Of a stretch of 64,000 bases of DNA, positions 12,101 to 22,546 are shown piece by piece; position 1 is the first letter of the stretch; each line of letters opens with the position of its first letter. The DNA comes from Strigamia acuminata (lineage: Eukaryota). The notes beneath the pieces are model-generated. The model did not search any database. It worked only from the letters and a program-made list of their open reading frames with translations, and was not told the DNA's origin. The stretch lies in the NCBI GenBank assembly GCA_949358305.1, contig OX442314.1:5580001-5644000 (forward strand), in the 5' to 3' direction. The position numbers and the translations under genes were made by a program.

Positions 12101-12687
12101 CTTAAAATACACTCAGTAATATTCTATTGTATACTTTTTCCACACTCATTTTTGACCCTGGTGGGAACTTTATACTCTTTCTACACTCACTCTTGACCCT
12201 GGAAGCTGGGCTCCCACCCGGTCCTACCGGACCATGCCCTGAGTAAGAAACGGCTATTTGACATGCGGAACATACCAAATAACCAGAAAACAAGACTAAC
12301 TTAACTTCCTGTTGTCAGGGAGTTTTATACTCGGTGGGATTAGGTTCCACCAATCTCGTATCGCAGGAAGTGGATACGGAGATGCAAATTGGGATTATGC
12401 TAATCTTTCAGCATAAACCGGAACTGGATACCGGGGACAGGAAATGGATACACAGAACGGAAATACATTCTGAAAATGGGTTTCGTGTCGCGCACCCGGG
12501 ATAAAGCAAGAATACCCGCTTTATCTTATTGAATATTGATAATATAACTTTATATTATCGATTTAGATTACATTTATTCGTAACAAACATAATAATATGT
12601 TTGTGAACTATTTCTGCGGAGAATAGTAAGTTCGAGGTTGAATTTGCCGCTAGTACTAGTGGCGCCATCTATTGCTAATTTGTCACA
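9165..12687. mobile_element. 3.5-kb non-coding LTR-like insertion (probable solo LTR) in gene A exon 6, with nested elements
   Basis: Termini TGTGAC...GTCACA; 4-bp TSD TGGT (9161-9164 / 12688-12691); removal restores the reading frame. Confidence 0.85.
9252..10827. mobile_element. Non-autonomous CACTA/EnSpm-like DNA transposon
   Basis: Termini CCCAGG...CCTGGG, 2-bp TSD AG, subterminal arrays of TTCTGCAGAA palindromes at both ends; degenerate tRNA-like head at ~10180-10245. Confidence 0.7.
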
Positions 12688-13375
12688 TGGTGATATATTA
12701 TTGAAGGATTTGTTAGTTTGTTTCACTAAATTCGATCTGGCTCCATCAATGTCATTATCTTGTGTTTCACCACAGACTGTGACAGACGGATATTTGGTAA
12801 AAGGTTGTGGAACTATTCTCACAATTTTTGTTGCCGGTTCTTCCATGTAGTAGTTTACACGAATTTGCAAGCAATACAATGTGATTCCCGAGCAAATTAT
12901 AACCAGAATTATCTTAAAATTAAGTGAAACTACATTTCTTTTAATTTGCTTTTGACTCTGAGTTATTTTCTTTCTGCATTTGTCATAAACTCGGTGAATC
13001 TTATTAACCGGTTTTTTTCTTCGAATGTTTGCTAGATACCAAGTGATTTCAGGCAACAAAGTTAAAGACAGACCGAGAAATAGGCCCAGATTGCCTCCTA
13101 AATCTGATAGTAAAGCAATAACATCATATGTGTACCGTTCTTCATACACGTTGATTTTATCATTAGTTATTGCTAACGATACGGATAAAGTGTTTTTATC
13201 ATCTGCTCGGCCTGCATCCGTGGATGGTATAAACATTAAATATTCACATGGACGTCGACATTGACAATCAGCAATTGGGTCGGTAGTTTCAATTAAACGA
13301 TTTGCAATACCATATAGTTCATGGGTGGTGTTTGAACATTTGCGAAGTGGTAAATCTATCTTTGTAAAGGGAAAT
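12688..13375 (-). CDS. Gene A exon 6, 5' part: TM2 of repeat 1, basic linker, TM1 of repeat 2
   Basis: One open frame: CQCRRPC...YDVIALLSDLGGNLGLFLGLSLTLLPEITW-(K/R-rich linker)-IILVIICSGITLYCLQIRVNYYMEEP...YPSVTVC...NNISP. Confidence 0.9.
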
Positions 13376-13444
13376 CTTGCAAAGAAGATTATTGATTAAT
13401 ATTTTGACTGTAGTTACTGTATAGAATATATTATGCATTCTTAC

Positions 13445-13551
13445 CTGCAAGTCAGATGTTTTTTAAATTTTTCCATTAAGCATGCACGGTAGCATTCTCT
13501 GTATTCGTTTTTGCTGGAACATGAACTCGTGGATGAATTGAGAAATATGAA
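13445..13551 (-). CDS. Gene A exon 5 (repeat 1 thumb, Cys-rich)
   Basis: TTTAG|FIFLNSSTSSCSSKNEYRECYRACLMEKFKKHLTCR|GTAAG; phase 2. Confidence 0.85.
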
Positions 13552-13612
13552 CTAAAATGTAAAAATTTATCGATATTGTGTGATAACTTTCAATTAAGAC
13601 TAAAAAATTTAC

Positions 13613-13705
13613 TTTGTTAAAACTCAAATTTATTTTTAATATTTCACCAAGCTTTGGTATTGTTACATCAAAGTGCCTGCCGAAATCGGAGAACGACATG
13701 AAAAG
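13613..13705 (-). CDS. Gene A exon 4 (repeat 1)
   Basis: TTAG|LFMSFSDFGRHFDVTIPKLGEILKINLSFNK|GTAAAT; 93 nt, homologous to 53942-54034. Confidence 0.8.
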
Positions 13706-13782
13706 CTAAGTAAAAATAAAAATAAAAATTTATAACAAAATTTTTATTTCGTGATTCATTAGTAATAATTTAGTATGCTTAC

Positions 13783-13874
13783 TAGGTATGGCGCAATAAG
13801 GCAAACATAATCATATTTATTTTCAATATTTATAGTCAATAATTTCCGAACCAACGATTTGCTAGTAGCTATAG
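13783..13874 (-). CDS. Gene A exon 3 (repeat 1)
   Basis: TTAG|(S)IATSKSLVRKLLTINIENKYDYVCLIAPYL|GTAAGC; 92 nt, homologous to paralog B exon 3. Confidence 0.75.
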
Positions 13875-13972
13875 CTAAATCCATAAATGAAATTTGTGTT
13901 ATCCACTAGGTTATGAATCATATACAGAGTATTGTATACTGTATATGATACTGTATGTCATGACTTATGACA

Positions 13973-14664
13973 TGTTGGATGTAATCGCACGCCACTACAA
14001 TACTTACTATTGTATATCTAAATCTATTGTTACATTAAATAAACCTCATTTTGCATGTATGTGCCGTTGCAATGAATATGTAGTATCGTGGGTTTTTCCT
14101 CATGAGGGATTCTGAAACATTCCACAACATGGGTTATGGGCCCAACATGATTTAAGAGCGGACAACATTTGATAAATCAAAATTAGAAGTCGGTGCCGCA
14201 GTTTATCACGTTTATTTCTCACGAAAAGAGGTACAAACAGGAAGATTCGAATAAAATGGCGGCCAAACTCGAACCCACCATTACTTACGTGAGAAGTTAA
14301 ATGGGCGTAATTACCCGACGTGGGAATATCGAGTGCGGATATTGCTCAAGTCAAGGGATGCGTGGTTCGTGATCGTTGATGATGTGCCAATTAAAACTCT
14401 AGGCGAAACCGATGATGCCTTCAAGGTAGGAGTTAAAGAATGGACGACCAAGGACGTTGAAGCGTTGAATATAATTTTGCAAACGATCGACACTGCTCAA
14501 CTACGGCACGTGTTGAACCACGACACGGCAAAGGCGGCTTGGAACGCACTCAAGACTGAGAATCAGGGTGAAGTTGCAGAATTGAAAGTCCAAAAGCGGG
14601 TCGGGCTTGCGCATATTCGAATGAAACCAGCGGAGACGGTGGCGACGTATCTGGATCGGATGAT
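13973..14664 (+). mobile_element. Truncated, degenerate Copia (short LTR, half-tRNA PBS, frameshifted gag start)
   Basis: LTR TGTTG...CAACA 13973-14129; GGTTATGGGCCCA at 14132-14144; gag-like EKLNGRNYPTWEYRVRILLKSRDAW...TAKAAWNALK. Confidence 0.75.
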
Positions 14665-14953
14665 ATTTTCCACGAGATTACATTGACACTCCCCCTGGCG
14701 GTGGAGAGCCTCAAACGGGATTTGTACATCAGATGAAAGGTGACACAAATTAAAACAACAGTAACGTTTGTATAACAAAATGGCACTTGAACAAACAGGT
14801 TCAAGCACATTGTTGTATTTAAGTGGATTAAGTTAGAATAAAGAATTGTGACCGCTTGGCCACCCACGGTGAACTGCGTCACTCCACACACCGCCCAGTG
14901 GCCCTAAGACCGTCCACCTTCGCAGGGTGGACTGGCCCACCTAGGGAAGGATG

Positions 14954-17900
14954 TGTTAGGTTGACGTTTTCCTGTTTGTCCTCGCATCCGCGTAGATCAT
15001 CGGATTGCATATTGTGGATAAATGCAATCAGTGTGTTGCCATGTTGATGTCCCGTATTGCAGTCGGTTGATTCTGGTTTTTAATCCCAATGCTGGTTTTG
15101 TACCGCAACCGACTCCTATTACGTGACAACACACACAACCTGTCATCTGCTCAAATGAGCACTTATTGTTTATGTTGTTCTGTTTGTTTTATCCATTAGT
15201 TTTGTCTTTCTGTAAAGAACAAGTCAGTGTATTGAAACAATGATTTGTTCTATGATTTCATTGTGTTTGAGATCGAGGGCGATTAGCCTCGAACCAGGTT
15301 TTATGTTACACACATACTTTTGTAATAAAAGATGGCGGACGCGTGTCCGATTTATCCGCCCAGCCAAAATGATGTTTCCGAGTTATTTCGACAGCGCACA
15401 GGCCATTGCAACTCTTCAAAGTGGTAGCAGAGGGTAAAAACGGTCTGGCAACGATGTTTTTGAAGAAGAAACGGCCATTTTGCGACTACGAGAAGTCGCC
15501 GAGTGTGCGCCCGCCCAGCTCGTCGTAAAAACGAGTTTTTGGTGCGGATTTCATCGCGGAACTTATCGTGGATTCGTGTGCGGAGTTTACAACGAGGTTC
15601 GAGTGTTTTTGTGAACGTTTCCAGCACGGAAAATACGTGTTGTCAACGTCCCGACGTCGTGGGAAAAAGCGACGATCGGATTTATCGTGTTTCGAGATTT
15701 CTGCAAGTGCGTGCGAATCCCGGCGCTTTGTAGGAATTTTCTACGGTGTTGTGTGCCCAACTAGACACACTATTGGATTACCAAGGACGGTAGGAACAAT
15801 TGTCGATTTTATTTTTGGCGAAATAAGCCATTTTTTCAAACGAATCCACGCCCGATGAAATCCAAGATGGCGGCGGCCATCGTTCATCGTGTCTGCGCTT
15901 GAACACGGACGTTTTCAAGCAGTTTTGGGATATCCAGCGCTGGAAATTAACAACGTTGGACACCATTAGAACCGTGGGAAGGATATCCGACAATCGGCGG
16001 AATTTTCGAAGCGTTATTTACGTCGCTTCGACGAATTTCGAGCGACGAGCGAACGTTTAGCAAACGAGACGAGTTTGCCGACGATTTCAAGAGGAAACCC
16101 TGGTTTTGCACATAGGGTGCACCAGTTGAGAGGGATTCTCCTCACATTAGCACCCCGGCGTGCGTGTGAGTTAATTCGACGGCGACGAGGTGGCATACCG
16201 TCATTTTTCCCTCGTTTTGTGCGACGTGCGCATACGAGAAGGCACGTCAGCCCATTTCCGTGCAGGATCAACGTTTTGCGGCGTGGGATCTCATCACGGA
16301 AGCCACCTTCACACCGACAGTGTACATTTATTTATTATCTCGTGAAACTCTGTTAGTTTTAAGGTTTTGTTGTGGTCCCCTGTTAGAATCGGTGCTACCC
16401 TACGTCCAGTCGGGCACGTAGCACTGTATTCTTGGCTAGGCTTATCCACGGCCACCCAACCATCCCGCGGGCCCCAGGAGGCGCGAACGGAAGAGTTGGG
16501 GGATTGCTAGTCAAGGTTTTTCAATCTCACTTATTGAGATTCCCCGGGTTGTGTGCATTATTCGCCTTCAATTTTGGGGGAATTCTGCATCCGTGCGACG
16601 AATTTACGTGGTTTGTGTAACTTGTGCTTCGGTTCTTCACTAAATTTCGTCGCAAATTTCCCGAAATGGCGTCCTACGACCGCCATGATGATTACAAGGA
16701 CGTGAAAAAGTTGGACGGAACCAACTATCCGACCTGGAGCGTACAGGTACAGCTCCTCCTCCAATCGTACGGTGTTTGGGGCCACGTGACCGGCAAGACA
16801 AAAGAGCCGCCGGCCGGATCACCGTTTCGAGAGACAAGGGATTTTGAGAAAGGCGAAGAAAGGGCCCGCTCCACCATTTGTTTGGCTTGCGGCGAGGCCC
16901 AACAGGTCGTGGCGGTTGCCCAGGCCACTGCTAAAGAAGTGTGGGAGGCACTGAAAGCTGCCTACCAGCCCACGACCCGGGCACGCAAAGCCCGTCTTCG
17001 CAGGGAATTTTTAGACATGCGGTTGCATGAAAACGAAGAGATGTTTGTTTTCACCGCACGTGTTGATCGGAAAGTAGTACAGCTTGCAGATGTCAAGATT
17101 CAAATTTCTGATGAGTTTCACGCCTTTCAATATCTTGACCTGCTGCCACCCCAATACGAACCGGTCAAGCAGACGGTTTATCACTGGGGTGACACAGAGT
17201 TCACGGCAGCAGCGGTCAAGGAACGCCTGGTAGGCGAATACAACCGCCTACATGTAACAACCGACGAGTTTGGCGTGCCTTCCAAGGCGCCATTGGAGAA
17301 CACTGGTGCCTTCTTTAACCAAGGCGGAAGACAACGCGGACGTGGTGGAAATGCACCCGGCGGCCCACGCATCTGTTTTACTTGCGGTGGGACGGGCCAC
17401 TTCGCCCGTGAATGCCCTACTCCACCGAAACAGCAATTCCAAGCAAAAGGAAACCAAACTGGACAATTTAGAGGCAATCCACGGGGCAAGGGACGTGGAA
17501 GAGGCCAGCAAAAGGCCACTGTCACACAGGCTGACATATTCAGTGACTCTCCAGTCTCTTATTACTCCGCGGCGATTTGGCTTCAACAACAACCCCCTGT
17601 GCCGGCTTCCCACGTGTCTCACGCGAATTATGATTCGCAATGGTACGTCGACACAGGGGCGACGGACCATTTCTCCTTCAACAAAGACTGGTTCTCCGAC
17701 TTCAAGCCATTAACTGGCCACGTGCAACAGGGAGAAGGAAAGTCGAGAATCGAAGGAATAGGAAATGTGACGTTGACATCGATTTATGGAACCCGCACCC
17801 GTGCAATTACATTGCATAATGTATTTTATGCACCCAACTTTAGGAAGAATTTGATTTCGTTGGGTCGCACGGATGAAGCTGGGGCAACGACCATGATTAA

Positions 17901-20900
17901 AAATGGCAAAATGGTTATTTATAACGACAAAATTGATGACCCTTCCATCACTGCGGAACGCACGAGTGATCGGATGTATAAGGTCAATTGTCGTATTTCC
18001 CCTGTGAACACTGCCGCATTACCTGCGCAACAGGCTGCGACAGTGTCTCCTAGTCCGCTTATAAAAGGCGATGAAGTTGTAAATTCGATACTAACATACC
18101 CTAGTTTTAAGGACGCATTAACCCAAAATTCGAGTGAGTCAGGGAAACCTGCACCAGCGATAAAGGGGCAAGCGAGTGTTGCGAACAACGCGCCTGCGAA
18201 TGTTACGACTAATGCGCAAGCGAATGTTTCGAATAAAATTAAGGCAAAGATTGCCAATGCCTCTAAGGAGGCAGGTTCAATTGTGCAGAACAATGCAGAC
18301 ATAGCAGAGAATGGAAAAAATTCTACTAATGGGGTTAAAACTTTTGACAAGAAAGATAAGGCTCAAACGATGGACATTTGGCACTCCCGCCTAGGGCATT
18401 TAAATGCAAAGGGAATTGCGGGATTAGAAAAGTCAACTGATGTTTTTGGGCTGAAACTCTCGAATAAGGAGTTGTCGACGTGTGACTTTTGCGCCAGGGC
18501 GAAGAGTACACGTGCTAGTTTTCCCCCAATAATTGGAATTACGACAAAAAGCATTTTGGAAATAGTACACTTAGACGTGTGGGGCCCCGCTCCAGTTCAA
18601 ACATTGGGTGGGGCATACTATTATCTCATTCTCATCGATGATTTTTCCCGTTTTATGTGGATAATTATCATGAAACGGAAAAGTGACGTTTTAGGACATT
18701 TCAAGCGGTGGCTACTTGAAGTTGAGCGAACGACCTCTAAGAAGGTAAAGGCCATAAAAACCGATAATGGAGGGGAATTCATATCTAGACAATGGGACGC
18801 TTATGTGGCGACAATTGGGCTTAAGTGTATGAGGACTAATGCATACAGCCCAGAAATGAATTCGGTCGCCGAACGGGCGAACCGTACCATTCTTAATGGT
18901 ACTCGGGCACTTCTTTTTGAGAATAAATTTCCCGCCACTTTATGGGCAGAGCTTGCTGTTTCAGTTGTATATCTGAAAAACCGTTTTCCACATACGGGAA
19001 TTGGGGGAAAAACACCTTATTCTGTGTTTTATGATAAGAAATTGTCCCTTCGCCATGTCAAGTGCATTGGCTCATTGACTTATGTCCATATCCCAGCTCA
19101 GACTCGGGGTGGGAAATTACAAGACAGGGCATGGGCTGGGGCATTAATTGGATATGCCGCTTCTACACGCGGCTACAGAATTTGGGATCCAAATAAAAAT
19201 CAGGTGTTTTTGTCTAAACACGTCAAAATTTTTGAAAACAATTTCTGGTTTGAATTGGGGACGGTTACGTCGCCTGAATTGGAGAATGACTTTGATACTT
19301 CGAGTTCGGACTCGTTCAATGGGTCATTTTCTGACGACGACAGTGTTGTCGGTGACCCAATTCCGGCGGAAATCCCGGAACCCCCTCCTGCGATACAGGA
19401 GGTTCCACAACCTGCTCCGCAGCAGAAAGTGAAACCCGCATTGCCCACGACCCCAAAGCCTACTCTTAGACCTGAATTGAGGCCAGTCGCTAAACAGGCA
19501 GCTCAGCAACCCCCACTTATACCCGTTGAGGGGAACCCTATTCTTGGGGATAGGGAAACAGGGGATGAGCCTGTTGAAGAAATTGGTGGGGCGAAGGGGG
19601 ATGATGGGAATTACTTCAACATCTATCCTGACAATGATGGGGAACCTGAAATTCCTCCTGGGATTCAAACACGGCGTGGATCACGATCAAAGAAAAAGCA
19701 AGGGAACGTGATGTTACATCCGGAACTACTGCCGTTAAACATGGCGGAATGGGAACGACGCGCATCCGTCCGTAAAGACGGAGCGACGGCGGGACAAATA
19801 GATGTTGTTTACATCACGCCCTTAAAGGATAAGATAAGAAGTCGAGTTGACATCGCACGGTGGTGCGATGAAGAAGGGTACGCATATGATGCGACCTTAT
19901 TTGACTTTAAGACATTAGAGGGGGACGGTGAACCGTTAGGGTTTGCAGGTTTCTGTGCCGTCGAGCCAGAAACCTACGAAGAAGCCATGTACCACATCAA
20001 GCGTCCTGATTGGATAAAAGCCATGAGAGAGGAAATTGATGTGTTCGATGAAAGAACGGTTTACAAGGAAGTTGACAAAACAACTTTAGATGAGGGTACG
20101 ACTCTCTTGGGATCGAAATGGATATACAAAATGAAGCGCGACCACACGGGTGTTATCCAACGCTATCGAGCCCGACTCGTCGCACAGGGCTTTAAGCAAA
20201 AGCCCGGAGTTGACTTTACGGAGGTGTTCTCCCCCGTCGTCAACTTCGTGCTAGTGATAGTGTTCTTCTGCACTTTGGTGATACTCAAGGGATGGCGGGA
20301 TTTACACCTGGATATCAAGGCCGCGTACCTTTACGGGGACCTCGATACGGTACAGTACATGGAGATCCCCAAGGGATATCGTACCGCCCATAATAAGCAT
20401 AAATGCTGGATGCTTTTAAAAGCACTTTACGGATTACACCAGTCCGGTCGTATGTGGTACCAGGTCCTCCACATACGACTACTTGAATTGGGCTTTCAAC
20501 CGTTGTTGGGTTTAAACTGTGTCTATGCCCTAGACAACGATGCAATAGTCATCTTTTACGTGGACGATATCGTGTTGTTTTCCAAGGATGACTATGTGGA
20601 ACAATGCGTTTTGAAGTGGTTACGGGAATCGTTTGAAGTAGTGAGTCTGGGGCCCGTAACTTTACTTTTAGGAATTGAGTTTGATAGGTCCGGGGGCATG
20701 ATTAAAATCCACCAACGGAAATATATTGAAAAGCTTTGTAAAGCGTACGGGATTGACTCGTGCCATCGAGTAAAGGTTCCAGTAACCCCGGGAACCATGA
20801 TTCAAGGTGTAAGAACCGGGGAAAAAGCCGACACCTCATTCCCGTACAGATCTCTGGTCGGAAGTCTGTTGTTCATCGCCAGCCGAACCAGACCCGACAT

Positions 20901-21986
20901 ACTGTTTTCAGTAATAGTGCTTTCCCAGTATAACGAGACGCATTCGACGCGCCATGTCAATATGTTACTGCAGGTCCTGCGATATTTGGCCACCACGTCG
21001 AATTATTCGATTAACTTATCGAACTGTAAAAACGAGAATTTGACAGTTTACACCGACGCGTCGTTTGCCCTAGATCAAGACAGACGACGAAGCTTTGGGG
21101 GACATATTGTCTATATGGGTGGCATTCCCATCTCGTGGAATTGCCACAAACAATCGATGACCTCCCTGTCGATCATGGAGAGCGAATTTCTCGCCGTGGT
21201 CGATGGGGTGAAAGAAGTTATTTGGCTCGAGCGCCTTTACGACGCGAAGATAATGTTTTGTCTCGAGCGAAATACGCCCTGTGTTTTTGCGGATAGCCAG
21301 CCGGCTATCCAATACTGTAAGAATAGGATCGAGAACAGGGCAAATAAACATATAGACGTGAAGCTCCATTTCGTTAGAGATTGGTTTGAGAAAGGAACGT
21401 TTTTGATCGAGCATGTTTCCGGCGAATTAAATGTCGCGGATATTCTGACGAAATGGTTAGCTAAATCCAGATTGAACGCGCTATGCGAATACATCTTTGT
21501 AATTGACAAATAGCTAAACGAAGGGGGATTTGTTAGGTTGACGTTTTCCTGTTTGTCCTCGCATCCGCGTAGATCATCGGATTGCATATTGTGGATAAAT
21601 GCAATCAGTGTGTTGCCATGTTGATGTCCCGTATTGCAGTCGGTTGATTCTGGTTTTTAATCCCAATGCTGGTTTTGTACCGCAACCGACTCCTATTACG
21701 TGACAACACACACAACCTGTCATCTGCTCAAATGAGCACTTATTGTTTATGTTGTTCTGTTTGTTTTATCCATTAGTTTTGTCTTTCTGTAAAGAACAAG
21801 TCAGTGTATTGAAACAATGATTTGTTCTATGATTTCATTGTGTTTGAGATCGAGGGCGATTAGCCTCGAACCAGGTTTTATGTTACACACATACTTTTGT
21901 AATAAAAGATGGCGGACGCGTGTCCGATTTATCCGCCCAGCCAAAATGATGTTTCCGAGTTATTTCGACAGCGCACAGGCCATTGC
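14954..21986 (+). mobile_element. Copia LTR retrotransposon 2 carrying an MBD-like domain (CopiaMBD type)
   Basis: 5' LTR 14954-15418; PBS TGGTAGCAGAGG 15422-15433; PPT ~21516-21528; 3' LTR 21531-21986 matches the 5' LTR but lacks the last 9 nt; intact polyprotein. Confidence 0.95.
16666..21513 (+). CDS. Copia gag-PR-IN-MBD-RT-RNaseH polyprotein (1615 aa from ATG 16666)
   Basis: KLDGTNYPTW; CFTCGGTGHFAREC; WYVDTGATDH; WHSRLGH..CDFC; HLDVWG/TDNGGEF/AER; MBD-like segment; RARLVAQG, YVDD; ADILTK. Confidence 0.95.
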   Translation: MASYDRHDDYKDVKKLDGTNYPTWSVQVQLLLQSYGVWGHVTGKTKEPPAGSPFRETRDFEKGEERARSTICLACGEAQQVVAVAQATAKEVWEALKAAYQPTTRARKARLRREFLDMRLHENEEMFVFTARVDRKVVQLADVKIQISDEFHAFQYLDLLPPQYEPVKQTVYHWGDTEFTAAAVKERLVGEYNRLHVTTDEFGVPSKAPLENTGAFFNQGGRQRGRGGNAPGGPRICFTCGGTGHFARECPTPPKQQFQAKGNQTGQFRGNPRGKGRGRGQQKATVTQADIFSDSPVSYYSAAIWLQQQPPVPASHVSHANYDSQWYVDTGATDHFSFNKDWFSDFKPLTGHVQQGEGKSRIEGIGNVTLTSIYGTRTRAITLHNVFYAPNFRKNLISLGRTDEAGATTMIKNGKMVIYNDKIDDPSITAERTSDRMYKVNCRISPVNTAALPAQQAATVSPSPLIKGDEVVNSILTYPSFKDALTQNSSESGKPAPAIKGQASVANNAPANVTTNAQANVSNKIKAKIANASKEAGSIVQNNADIAENGKNSTNGVKTFDKKDKAQTMDIWHSRLGHLNAKGIAGLEKSTDVFGLKLSNKELSTCDFCARAKSTRASFPPIIGITTKSILEIVHLDVWGPAPVQTLGGAYYYLILIDDFSRFMWIIIMKRKSDVLGHFKRWLLEVERTTSKKVKAIKTDNGGEFISRQWDAYVATIGLKCMRTNAYSPEMNSVAERANRTILNGTRALLFENKFPATLWAELAVSVVYLKNRFPHTGIGGKTPYSVFYDKKLSLRHVKCIGSLTYVHIPAQTRGGKLQDRAWAGALIGYAASTRGYRIWDPNKNQVFLSKHVKIFENNFWFELGTVTSPELENDFDTSSSDSFNGSFSDDDSVVGDPIPAEIPEPPPAIQEVPQPAPQQKVKPALPTTPKPTLRPELRPVAKQAAQQPPLIPVEGNPILGDRETGDEPVEEIGGAKGDDGNYFNIYPDNDGEPEIPPGIQTRRGSRSKKKQGNVMLHPELLPLNMAEWERRASVRKDGATAGQIDVVYITPLKDKIRSRVDIARWCDEEGYAYDATLFDFKTLEGDGEPLGFAGFCAVEPETYEEAMYHIKRPDWIKAMREEIDVFDERTVYKEVDKTTLDEGTTLLGSKWIYKMKRDHTGVIQRYRARLVAQGFKQKPGVDFTEVFSPVVNFVLVIVFFCTLVILKGWRDLHLDIKAAYLYGDLDTVQYMEIPKGYRTAHNKHKCWMLLKALYGLHQSGRMWYQVLHIRLLELGFQPLLGLNCVYALDNDAIVIFYVDDIVLFSKDDYVEQCVLKWLRESFEVVSLGPVTLLLGIEFDRSGGMIKIHQRKYIEKLCKAYGIDSCHRVKVPVTPGTMIQGVRTGEKADTSFPYRSLVGSLLFIASRTRPDILFSVIVLSQYNETHSTRHVNMLLQVLRYLATTSNYSINLSNCKNENLTVYTDASFALDQDRRRSFGGHIVYMGGIPISWNCHKQSMTSLSIMESEFLAVVDGVKEVIWLERLYDAKIMFCLERNTPCVFADSQPAIQYCKNRIENRANKHIDVKLHFVRDWFEKGTFLIEHVSGELNVADILTKWLAKSRLNALCEYIFVIDK

Positions 21987-22410
21987 TGAGTGGTGTGGTG
22001 AGAGAGACGGAGCCAAGGAAGCAGAGAGGACAAACTTAGAGTCAAGTTGAGAGATTCAAGTAAAGGCATGAAGGTGCTGACTCTGCTCTTCTCACCATTC
22101 ACCACTGTGACGCTCAGTAACATGGCGATGTGCCTGTTGCAGCCTCCATGAGCAGACATATGGGTCGTACTGGGTAAGTACGACAGAATGTCTGTCAGTG
22201 ATCGACCACATCACCCATGGGGTTCAGGCCCTGTGTGTGACCAGTCTGTTGTTGATGTAGCGTGCATAACAGCACTGCCACACATGGATAGATGCTTAGT
22301 TGTTTTTTTTGTTTTTCATTTCAAACAATTCATACAAACTTAAACATGGATTATTCCAATATTAAGACCTGCACCACTATACATAGTAAATGTTTTATGT
22401 TTATAGTTAC

Positions 22411-22483
22411 AAAATTTAAATGTTGAGCATATTCCATATGAAGTGTCAGTTTCTGTCAGTGCAACCGTTTTGTTTGAAAATCC
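22411..22483 (-). CDS. Gene A exon 2 (repeat 1)
   Basis: TTCAG|GFSNKTVALTETDTSYGICSTFKF|GTAACT; 73 nt, same length as the paralog B exon. Confidence 0.8.
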
Positions 22484-22546
22484 CTGAATAAATCAAATTT
22501 AAGTTAAATTCAATCTTTTAATTTTTAAAAATGACTTATTTTTTAC

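Larger units (their letters stand above)
13909..22373. mobile_element. Composite 8.5-kb TE insertion in gene A intron 2
   Basis: Flanked by direct repeat CCACTA (13903-13908, 22374-22379); removal leaves a ~65-nt intron that aligns with the 63-nt intron of paralog B (34236-34298). Confidence 0.7.

Noticed and set aside
12574..12687. C-terminal tail CDKLAIDGATSTSGK... of the 220-aa ORF
   Set aside because: Read-through into the inserted element; not channel sequence.
14686..14701. CTCF-like site (minus strand CCGCCAGGGGGAGTG)
   Set aside because: Single motif match inside TE debris; no independent support.
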